Positions 15,781 through 23,900 of a stretch of DNA of 55,136 nt are shown here, piece after piece. The stretch is taken from the IMG/VR virus record IMGVR_UViG_3300046004_002451, positions 1 through 55,136 of that record. One strand, given 5' to 3'. Origin of the DNA: a virus. Its lineage: Duplodnaviria; Caudoviricetes. The stretch's first letter is position 1. Every line of letters begins with the position of its first letter. The notes under the pieces were generated by a model, which did no database searches, had not been told where the DNA came from, and saw only the letters and a program-made list of their open reading frames with translations. The position numbers and the translations under genes were made by a program.

Positions 15781-16674
15781 TTAGACAGCCGAACTGCTAA
15801 GTCTTTGGGCTTCCTGCGCGGCTGGTGCTTCGCCGTGGAAAAACTCGGCAGAAGGATGAGTATCTCTCCACGCCTCGGTTTTATCTTTCCACGCCGTGTC
15901 AATCAAGTAGTCGATATGGCGGAGATCGAACCAAAACGTCAGTTTACCCTCGGTAACTCGGTGACTTATTTTTGCCTTAACTGCAAATGGCTCATCACCA
16001 TCAAAGAGCGGTATCCCGAGAGTGATCTCGGTAATCAGCGTGCTGCACTGCTCGCCATTCCTCTCCGAGCTGTAAGCCAACTTCATTTCACCGGTGGCGG
16101 TGATGATGCTGGACTTAAAAACTTCGGTGCGCGTGGCCTCCAGTGTCTCAGCAAACGTCAGAACGGCGGCGCCTTCGGGCTCCCGGATGTCCTCAATATA
16201 CTCCTCGAGAAACAGCGCAAAGGCTTCCTGAGTCATCTTCTGGCCATTCTTTGCCTGCCAGATTTTGAGCTGCCGCGACTTGACCAAGGCCACCGTGGCC
16301 CGGAAGTCCATCCAACCAGGCGCGCCGGCCGCATGATGATTGAGAATGGCAGTGAAGCGCAGTGTATTACGGTCGGCGTAAACTACTGGGTTCATTCCTG
16401 AACCGCTGCCGGCGAGGCGGTTGATGTAGGAGTGCAAATCCGCCAGGCTTAGCAAGCTGACGTTGCCAATGGGTCGCAGAGGCGCCGGCATGAGGTATGC
16501 CATGCTATGCAGCATGACTTGTTTAGAGACCGCGACGAGAGGCTGCTTCCCGTGCGGGAGTTCAAGCATGAAGTGCACCGGCGCCGCCGCCGCTTCCGAA
16601 ATGCGTTGAATAGCTTCTGCCTCGGTCAGGGTTGTCTGAGGATTGTTGTCGCCGTCTTGTGGGGGTGTTTTCAT
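15781..16674 (-). CDS. DUF2303 (YfdQ-like) protein
   Basis: FTAILNHH...PGW..FRA, MTQEAFALFLEE and LGIPLFDG motifs. Confidence 0.85.
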   Translation of the reverse strand: MKTPPQDGDNNPQTTLTEAEAIQRISEAAAAPVHFMLELPHGKQPLVAVSKQVMLHSMAYLMPAPLRPIGNVSLLSLADLHSYINRLAGSGSGMNPVVYADRNTLRFTAILNHHAAGAPGWMDFRATVALVKSRQLKIWQAKNGQKMTQEAFALFLEEYIEDIREPEGAAVLTFAETLEATRTEVFKSSIITATGEMKLAYSSERNGEQCSTLITEITLGIPLFDGDEPFAVKAKISHRVTEGKLTFWFDLRHIDYLIDTAWKDKTEAWRDTHPSAEFFHGEAPAAQEAQRLSSSAV

Positions 16675-16704
16675 GGAATGAGTGTGGAGTTTGAGATTGA
16701 AAAA

Positions 16705-17172
16705 TTACACGCGGCGAATGTCTGACTTCGCCGGCGGTTCAACCACCCGTAGCGGCGCGCTGTCAGGAGTCGCGACCGTGCGCAGGTCCATCTCCATCTG
16801 GTTTGGGTTGCGGCTGAGGAGTTGGCCTTTTTCGCTGATAAACAGCAAACTCGGGTGCTTTTTGCACTTCGGCGCCTTGATGCTGACATCGTAATCAATC
16901 TCGATCTGAGATTGACCGGCGGGGGTGAGGGTAATGCACAGGGTAAATTTGCCCTTCTTGCCCAAGGTAAGGCAGGCAATATTGAGTTCCTGCAGTCGCT
17001 CATCAATTTCCGCTACCATGTCTCCCTGGTCGATGCGGCAAAAGCCGATGATGGCCTCGCTATTGATAGCGGTAGGCCGGATGTCTTCGGGCACCGCAAG
17101 ATAACGGTGGGACTTTGGCGGGCTCGGAAGTGTGATTGAATCTGAGAGTTCGATGGCGGCGTTTGGTTTCAT
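16705..17172 (-). CDS. YfdP-like partner of DUF2303
   Basis: GKKGKFTLCITLTP...FISEKGQLLSRNPNQMEMDL; upstream of the DUF2303 gene. Confidence 0.75.
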   Translation of the reverse strand: MKPNAAIELSDSITLPSPPKSHRYLAVPEDIRPTAINSEAIIGFCRIDQGDMVAEIDERLQELNIACLTLGKKGKFTLCITLTPAGQSQIEIDYDVSIKAPKCKKHPSLLFISEKGQLLSRNPNQMEMDLRTVATPDSAPLRVVEPPAKSDIRRV

Positions 17173-17196
17173 GGTATCGGGTATCGGTTTGTTTGT

Positions 17197-17403
17197 TCAG
17201 CGCGCGCAGATGTCATGTGACAAGTCTGCACTGATGAAAGTAGTTCGCTCAAATAGAGCTGTAGCGTGTGGGCAGAAAGTATAGACAGCCCGTGTATCTT
17301 CCATGGCGATGCCATGGGTATGCTTCTCAACTGAGAGCACGGTGCCATCCATGGGACCGCCAAACAAGTGAGCCAACTCGGTTTCTGTAGGTTTTTCCTT
17401 CAT
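17197..17403 (-). CDS. Hypothetical protein
   Basis: 68 aa with FGGPMDG motif; ATGA overlap. Confidence 0.65.
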   Translation of the reverse strand: MKEKPTETELAHLFGGPMDGTVLSVEKHTHGIAMEDTRAVYTFCPHATALFERTTFISADLSHDICAR

Positions 17404-17564
17404 TTGAAAAATTCGTCATCATCCATTCTTGGGTTCCTGCTTGCCCGCAAGCCTGCCCGATAACCGTCAATCCATTCCGGGCCGTAGCATACAACTCTCA
17501 AGAACCAGCCCAGCGCAGTCGCTACAAGCAGGCTCAAAATAAGATATGCTGTTGGAACAATCAT
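17400..17564 (-). CDS. Small single-TM protein
   Basis: MIVPTAYLILSLLVATALGWFL...GYRAG; ATGA-coupled on both sides. Confidence 0.6.
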   Translation of the reverse strand: MIVPTAYLILSLLVATALGWFLRVVCYGPEWIDGYRAGLRASRNPRMDDDEFFK

Positions 17565-17743
17565 GGCTTTGAGCAGCCAAAGATTAGAAAAATGGCAGCC
17601 AGCAAGCCGGCGCCTAGAACTATAGCTGCGAGTGCGTCCCGCCAAAACGGTGGTGGTGAGTCATACACGCTGAGGCTGTCTTGAAGACTTGGTAGGTGCC
17701 GAGTCAGGTCTATTTTGGGTGTTGGCGAACCTCGTAACTTCAT
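17561..17743 (-). CDS. Small protein with C-terminal TM helix
   Basis: ALAAIVLGAGLLAAIFLIFG; ATGA overlaps. Confidence 0.6.
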   Translation of the reverse strand: MKLRGSPTPKIDLTRHLPSLQDSLSVYDSPPPFWRDALAAIVLGAGLLAAIFLIFGCSKP

Positions 17744-18177
17744 GGTTTAGGGAGTTGAATGGTGATGCCGTCTTCCCGCGAGATGTCCACAACCTCCAAG
17801 GGTGCGATTTTGGAGACCTTCGGGAAAAACTCTTCAACCTCATCACTGTAGGAACAGTGAACGTAGAAGCTTTGATTCGAGCGGCCTTTGCGACACCAAT
17901 GCCGATTTGACTGTGCCACTGGTGTGAGGCGCATGAGTCCTTTGTCGCTATCGCTGCCAACATCGAAGCGCATGGCGGACCGGTCAGTGATACCAGCGCT
18001 GTGTGCCAAAGAACTGGTGATACGTACCACTAGGGAGAGAGAATCGTTTCTCTTGTTCGTGGCCACAAAGTATGCAGCCGGGGCAGCCTGTTTCAGGCGT
18101 TTGGAAGAGCGGGCAGGGCGGAACATATCAGTTGAAAGCGGTTTTAAGGTCGATGAGTTCCCATTCACCCGACTCAT
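17740..18177 (-). CDS. Hypothetical protein
   Basis: 145 aa ORF in the operon; start uncertain. Confidence 0.6.
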   Translation of the reverse strand: MSRVNGNSSTLKPLSTDMFRPARSSKRLKQAAPAAYFVATNKRNDSLSLVVRITSSLAHSAGITDRSAMRFDVGSDSDKGLMRLTPVAQSNRHWCRKGRSNQSFYVHCSYSDEVEEFFPKVSKIAPLEVVDISREDGITIQLPKP

Positions 18178-18496
18178 GCAGAAGCGTTTTCAAAAGCTCA
18201 TTGCGGGGTTCGAGATCCATTAAAAATAGCGCAGCAATTTCAGCTCGGATTTCGGCCGGCAGATCGGCCAGCATGTCGAACAAATTGACGGCGGGCACTC
18301 CAGCCCAAGTTGCGCTGACAATATGGTTGGACCACATTGACCAAATTAGGCGCCGGACATGCTGACCGGTTGTGGTGGTATAGGCGGCACTTTTGAGCAC
18401 GCCGAGAAGTAAAGGTGTTGTCATGAAAGTTACGGGTGTTTGCCGTCTCTCCGGCTGTCTCTGTTTTTCCCGTCGTTCGTTCGGGTCGGTCGGCAT
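18128..18496 (-). CDS. Hypothetical protein
   Basis: GQHVRRLIWSMW..NLFDML helical domain; directly after the Cro-position gene. Confidence 0.6.
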   Translation of the reverse strand: MPTDPNERREKQRQPERRQTPVTFMTTPLLLGVLKSAAYTTTTGQHVRRLIWSMWSNHIVSATWAGVPAVNLFDMLADLPAEIRAEIAALFLMDLEPRNELLKTLLHESGEWELIDLKTAFN

Positions 18497-18498
18497 AA

Positions 18499-18657
18499 TC
18501 AGGTGGGAATAATCTCAGAAGAGATTTTTAGCAGAGCCTCCTTAATAAGTTCAATCATCGTGATTTTTCGGCGGGTCGCCATCGTTTGCAGCCGCGCGGA
18601 GTAATCCGCGGGCAGCTCTGAAAGTATTTTGGAGGTGACAAGGTCTTCGTGCGTCAT
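18499..18657 (-). CDS. Cro-position small DNA-binding protein (ribbon-helix-helix-like)
   Basis: 52 aa, ELPADYSARLQTMATRRKITMIELIKEAL; first gene of the leftward operon, divergent from the repressor. Confidence 0.6.
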   Translation of the reverse strand: MTHEDLVTSKILSELPADYSARLQTMATRRKITMIELIKEALLKISSEIIPT

Positions 18658-18745
18658 GTTATACAATGTGCATATAGCAGTATGCACAAAATACAAGTGG
18701 TCAACGATAACTTGCACAATGTAGAAAATAAATTATGGTTACGGC
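18658..18745. promoter_or_regulatory. Genetic switch: operator and leaderless repressor promoter
   Basis: Inverted repeat TGTGCATA-n6-TATGCACA (18667-18688); TTGCAC(18712)-16 nt-TATGGT(18734) ends 6 nt before the repressor ATG. Confidence 0.7.
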
Positions 18746-19159
18746 ATGAACACGCAAGCAACTCTAACCAGGTCACAGGTAGAAATGTGGCTGAAACAGC
18801 ACGGCCGAAGCCGCTCTTGGCTGGCAGAGAAGACTGGGTGCGAAGTGGGCACCGTGCATACATGGTTCAGTACCAGGGGGCTGCCATCAGGGGCGCGTGC
18901 TGCCATCGTGGCGCTGATGGCTTTAGATTCCGCCACCGCTGCCTCTGCCAATGCCAATGCCTCTGCCAATGCCAATGCCTCTGCCAATGCTGAACTCGGG
19001 TTGATTGAGTTTACCACTCACGAGTTTGAGCGACTCGAAGCCGCAAGGGCAGCGGTAGGCAGCCCAACCCGGCCGGCATTTTATCGTGACGCAATCATGC
19101 AGTATGTGCATGACATTGAAGCGGCTGATAAATCCGTGGCCGGCACAGTGACGCCGTGA
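18746..19159 (+). CDS. XRE-type HTH repressor-like protein
   Basis: WLKQHGRSRSWLAEKTGCEVGTVHTWFS HTH; ASANAN repeat linker; no S24 peptidase domain. Confidence 0.75.
   Translation: MNTQATLTRSQVEMWLKQHGRSRSWLAEKTGCEVGTVHTWFSTRGLPSGARAAIVALMALDSATAASANANASANANASANAELGLIEFTTHEFERLEAARAAVGSPTRPAFYRDAIMQYVHDIEAADKSVAGTVTP
18941..18990 (+). repeat. 18-bp tandem repeat (about 2.8 copies) in the repressor linker
   Basis: GCCTCTGCCAATGCCAAT x2 plus GCCTCTGCCAATGC. Confidence 0.9.
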
Positions 19160-19167
19160 GGCAACAC

Positions 19168-19653
19168 TTACGGCTTAATAATGCGCTGTACCGTGCCATC
19201 CTTGTGATGGACCTCCCACACTCCCGGTACTGCTTCGATAATGACATCCCCGGTCGAGGTGGTATATGCACCGCTGCCTATACCAATAATGGTTGTTACT
19301 TTGCCTGCCGGCGCGCTGGCCGGCTTGCTCGGCGTCGCCGTTGCTATAGGCTCGGCGGCCGCCTCTGCTATCCTGCCTCGGCTCCATTCGATAATTTGAG
19401 AGAGTCCACGATCGGGGCGCGCAAGCAAGGCCACCGATTCAGGTTGTCCCTGTGCCGCCCATACCCGCACGGCATCGGCGTATTGAGTCATCCAGTACCA
19501 TTCAGGGCTGGCCTGGTCAAACATATCAGGGTGCCGAGTCTGAGCCTCTGCGAGAGCTTGCTGATATTGCGCGTCAGTGCCGGCCGGGGATTGCAAACAA
19601 ATCAGGCAGCACAGGAGGCAGAGCCAAAAGCTTTTCATGTTCAAAATATCCAC
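19168..19653 (-). CDS. Exported protein (moron-like)
   Basis: MKSFWLCLLCCLICLQSPAG signal-peptide-like leader; convergent with the repressor. Confidence 0.65.
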   Translation of the reverse strand: MDILNMKSFWLCLLCCLICLQSPAGTDAQYQQALAEAQTRHPDMFDQASPEWYWMTQYADAVRVWAAQGQPESVALLARPDRGLSQIIEWSRGRIAEAAAEPIATATPSKPASAPAGKVTTIIGIGSGAYTTSTGDVIIEAVPGVWEVHHKDGTVQRIIKP

Positions 19654-19655
19654 TC

Positions 19656-19937
19656 ATGAATGCAAAAAAACAATCGCAAAGTGTGATCGGTCTGAAAGTC
19701 TGGCGCGGCTTGACGGTGGATGATCTGCCGCAAACCTACGCGCAGGACCGGCGATGGTGTTGGCCATTCTTCAAGCGCGGAACCTGGCCACCGGCCTGCT
19801 GGAAGGTGCCAACGGAGCTGGAAGGGCCGGCGCTCATGATGATGCTTGAGGAGCGCGCGAGGGCTCATAATGTGCCGCGTGGTCAACCGGTGCCAACTAC
19901 ACGACGCCTGCCTAGACAGGGAGGCAAGGTGAAGTGA
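19656..19937 (+). CDS. Hypothetical protein (93 aa)
   Basis: ATG at 19656; GTGA overlap with the resolvase gene. Confidence 0.55.
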   Translation: MNAKKQSQSVIGLKVWRGLTVDDLPQTYAQDRRWCWPFFKRGTWPPACWKVPTELEGPALMMMLEERARAHNVPRGQPVPTTRRLPRQGGKVK

Positions 19938-20413
19938 CACTCCGGCTGTGGCTGCCAGGGTATCACACTCCCAGTCTGAACCGCACACAAGGGCGGCATT
20001 GGACGGTAGCACAAGCTGGCAAGCAGGAGGTGGCGCGCGAAGTTCTCAAAGCATTGCCAGTTGGAGCTACAGCAAGTTTGGCCCTCGCTCGCAAAGTGCT
20101 GCTGCTACTCCAAGCCGGCGGGGCTGTTGCAAAAAAGGTTGCGGCTCTTCATGCCGCCTCAAGATTGGAAGTGCGTGAGGGGCTCACGCGCGTGCATTAT
20201 GTGAGGGTGACATGCGCGCCGCTCGATGCCGAGAATTTTGTCGGGTCAACCAAGGCGCTCACAGATTGCCTACGCTATGCGTTTCCGGCCATGCTGCCGG
20301 ATGATAGGCCGGAAGATGTGGAGATTACCCATACCCAAGAACGGTGTGCATCCCGCATCGAGGAAGGTACTTGGGTGCATCTCACTGCCGTATCCAATAC
20401 AGGTTCAGAGTAA
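19934..20413 (+). CDS. RusA-like Holliday junction resolvase
   Basis: TPSLN...HW and LDAENFVGSTKALTDCL....LPDD acidic/Lys catalytic pattern. Confidence 0.7.
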   Translation: MTLRLWLPGYHTPSLNRTQGRHWTVAQAGKQEVAREVLKALPVGATASLALARKVLLLLQAGGAVAKKVAALHAASRLEVREGLTRVHYVRVTCAPLDAENFVGSTKALTDCLRYAFPAMLPDDRPEDVEITHTQERCASRIEEGTWVHLTAVSNTGSE

Positions 20414-20538
20414 AGCTATACAGGATTCCACTCCGCCTATACAGATGCGGCCGAAAAAATTAACACTTAGGCCGGTGTTAATTTTGCCACCATGTCAGTC
20501 CTACTGCACTATTTCTGGTCAAAATCGTGCAGTAGGTT

Positions 20539-20763
20539 TCAGGTTGACTGATGCTTCCGGCGTATGTCGGTCTCACTCCAAGTCGGTTGACAGTGAGATT
20601 GATTCCACGCTAGCAGAAGCGGCAGGGCCTCGGACTCGCTTATAGCGAATCCACGGACCAATGTAACGGCAGCGTTAAAAGTGGCAGTGTCTCCACCGCT
20701 TCCCTCTATGGCGGGCGGCATCCGCTCTAGATACGCGGAAGCGCGTTCGAGTATTGTATTCAT
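20539..20763 (-). pseudogene. Isolated PriCT-like domain (truncated primase/replication gene)
   Basis: RASAYLERMPPAIEGSGGDTATFNAA..LVRGF...EAL.LL..WN...CQPTWSE.DI.RK then an immediate stop. Confidence 0.6.
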
Positions 20764-20828
20764 GGGCGCAGTTCTGGGTTGCGCCGCGCACCAGTTGAGG
20801 CAATTTCACGTCTTTCCTTCGCAGGGAG

Positions 20829-20865
20829 AAGCCGCGTTACCCTTTGCCGGGTGCGCGGCTTTTTT
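20829..20865 (+). terminator. Rho-independent terminator-like hairpin
   Basis: AAGCCGCG-ttaccc...gggtg-CGCGGCTT followed by T-run. Confidence 0.6.
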
Positions 20866-20994
20866 ATGCCTGGGCTTCGAGATCGATACGTTCGATCTCG
20901 CTTATGGCGAAACGAACGCCACGGCCAAGAAAGGAGGCTTGCAACGCTTTCTTGCAGGCATATGCCTGCAAAATAACGTTGCAAGCATGTGCGG

Positions 20995-23900
20995 CTATCG
21001 GAGGAGCAGCCCTGGGGCTCGGGCTTTGATACGTTCGTATTCGCGCATAGCGGTGTCGAGGGTTTGGCGCTCCAAGCCGGTGAGGCTAGCTCTAAACTTG
21101 GTTTGCTGTTCCTGCCCGCGAATGATCATCAGCGGGTTCTTGTAGAATAGTAGTTGCTGCACGTCCTTAGCATTCTGGATCGGCGCCCCCATGTCTTTTA
21201 GTTTAGCCTTGATATTCGCGATGGCTGCCAAGTTTGGTGTGTCCTGTGCGAGCACGGCAAATAGGGCTTTGCGGGCGCGGCTCTGCGGCGTGGTGCTGCC
21301 GTAGTCCATGCCCTCTGTGCTTGGCACTCCGTTCTTTTTCCGCCAGTCCTCGGCGATTCGATAGAGGTCGGGGGTAGCATTCCGCACGTCCATACCAAAA
21401 AGGGCACGGCCTACGGCCTGGGTAGGGCTGCGTACTTCGAGCGTCTTGTTAGTGCTGCGTTCGCCTGCATGAAGCAGCGTTGCAAAGCCGGTGCCGCCGG
21501 GCAGGAGTGGAGGCAGCACAGTTTTGGCCACATTATCGGCACGCGCTGCCAATTTCTCAGCGGCAGTCATGTTGTTCTCGACAAAGGTGCGGTCGCCAAA
21601 GGTGTCTTTGCCGGTCATCTGGCTGTAGAGCATGGAGCCGATAGGACCGGCCGCTACGAATGAGCGGAGAGTCTTCTGCCACCAGTCTTCGCTATCACCG
21701 CCTTCGACTCGGTTGCCCATGAAATCGACAAACGGGTGGATGGCGGAGATGTCGAACTGTTGCAGTTGCCCCTGGTCACTACGCACGGGCAGAAGCATCG
21801 AAAACAGCGGCACGCCACCGAGCGGCGTCGGGCCGAGGAGCTTGCCCCCCTTCCCTCTCATGTCACGCTTCACCTGCTCCAGCTCGTCATCATCGAGGCC
21901 CATGGCGAGCGCTGATAGGAATGTGATGAGTGATGGCACGGCCAGGCCGGCGGCGAGCGCAATGGGGCGTTCCTTGAGTGCATTGCCAAAGATGCGGATG
22001 CTTTCACGGTAGAAGCCCAGGAAAGGCATGGCGGTGCGGCCAAGTAGTTTCAGGCTGGCACTGGTGCCGCCGTCAAAGTAGGGGAACCAGTGGCGGACAT
22101 GATCACGCGCGGCCTCGTTGGTCATGCCCATGGCTTTCGCCTTAAAGTAGGTGGCGAGTTTGAAGAGTTCATCCTCGGCCTGATAGAGCGCGGCGATTTG
22201 GTTGTAGCTCTTATGCAGCGGGTTCTTCGCCCATTCAGGCAGCACCTTACCAAAAGCCTTGCCGATGCCGAGCAGCACGTCTGGCTTGCCATCATCAGCA
22301 ATAGTGGCGGGATCGGGCAGGAGTTGGCGGAGCGTCTGGCGCAGTTCGGCGCTGACAAAGTCGGCACCGAGCACGCCCATGTCATAGGCTTCTTGGAGAT
22401 CCCTGCCACCGTTGCGCATGGCGCTGAGTGCCTGCTTGTAGAAGGTCACGTTGCCGGGATTCCAAACACTGGTGCCAGCGAGCTGCGAAAAGAACACATT
22501 GCCGAGCACATTGCGAACGTGCGTGCCTGGATTGAGCACGGTCTTGCCAGTCTTCCACCAGCCGAGGAGTGTGTCATAGAGTTGCAGGGCGATGCCTGGT
22601 GCCTCGACCATTTCGAGGAGTTGGCCGGCGATGTCATCCATCACGAAGCGGCCCGCCAAGCGGCCAAAGCGTGGGTTGTCGGGAATCTCGGTGAAGCCAG
22701 CGACTTGGACATCTGAGATCCATTCAGGCTTGCTGGCCACGAAGTTGAAAAACTCCGCCGTGCTGTTGTCATGCACCATCTGCGCCATGTAGCGCGAGAT
22801 CGAGTAAACCGGGTCCATGATGAGGCCGGCGTGCTCTTGTTCATCGACGCTCAGCGGGGCGCGTTTCTCGAATCGGTAACGCTGGGCGCGTGTCAGTTCC
22901 TTGATGCGGCCTTGCAGTTCGGCATTGAGTTTGGCAGGGGCGCGGAGATCGGCCAGCGTGAGGCCACGGTTGGCTTTGTTGCGGCCTTGCAGCTCGGCCA
23001 AGACATTCCCGAGAATGAAGTCCTCATAGAACGCATCGCGGTGGCCCTGGTTTTTGAAGCGCCATTGATTGCCCTGGTGATTGATGAGCCGGGGTTCACC
23101 GGTGGCGTCTTTGTTTTCACGATCCGCGATGTGCCATGCCGTCGTGCGCTGGGCACCGATGTCTTTGAGCCCGAGGCGGAAACGCTTGGTGATGGATTTC
23201 TCACGCTGCACATCTTCCTTGTAGAAGTGCGGCATGTAACCGGCTTGCAAATTCTCGAAGGTTTCGAGAGACATGCGGCCCTGTTTCACGGCCTCGCGGC
23301 CCTGGTCCACGAGCAGCTCACGCAGGCGCGTGGCAAGGTCTTGCAGGGATTGCGGCAGGGCGCTGAGTGGCTCCTCACCCTTCATGGCGAGGTAGAGTTT
23401 CCGGCGCCACATCGGGTTACTGGCGAACTCCGGCGGGTAGGCGATGTCGGAGAACTTGGGATTGCCAGAGAGCGCGCGGACAAGGTCCATGGCCTTCTGA
23501 CTGCCCACGGCGGTCTTGATCTCCATCTCACGCTTGTGAGCAGCGACCTCACGCGGCAGCACTGAGTCCGGGAAGAACTCACGCTTGAGCGCGTGCGCGG
23601 CTGCCACGAAGGGCTTGGCATTTGGCGCAGACTGCCACTTGGCGACGGCGTCACCGGCTCCCGTGCTGGCGTTAAGGTGCGCAGCGAGGTCGGCGAGCTT
23701 GGCACTGGCGGCGCGGTCCAGGTGGTTCCAGCCGAGGGCGGCGAGGGGGGAGGCTGTTGTCGGAGCCTTCTTGCTTTGGGCAAGAACGGTGCCTTTGAAG
23801 AGGATGTTGTTCGTCTCAGGATTGAAGCGCTGGCTGAGCGGGATGACCTTGCCTGATTCGTCGCGGGTCACGGGGTCGGCGGATTTGATCTGGTTCGGGG

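Noticed and set aside
20760-20984. 74-aa minus-strand ORF
   Set aside because: TTG start inside a palindrome, Arg-rich shadow-like composition, and it runs through several hairpins; more likely non-coding.
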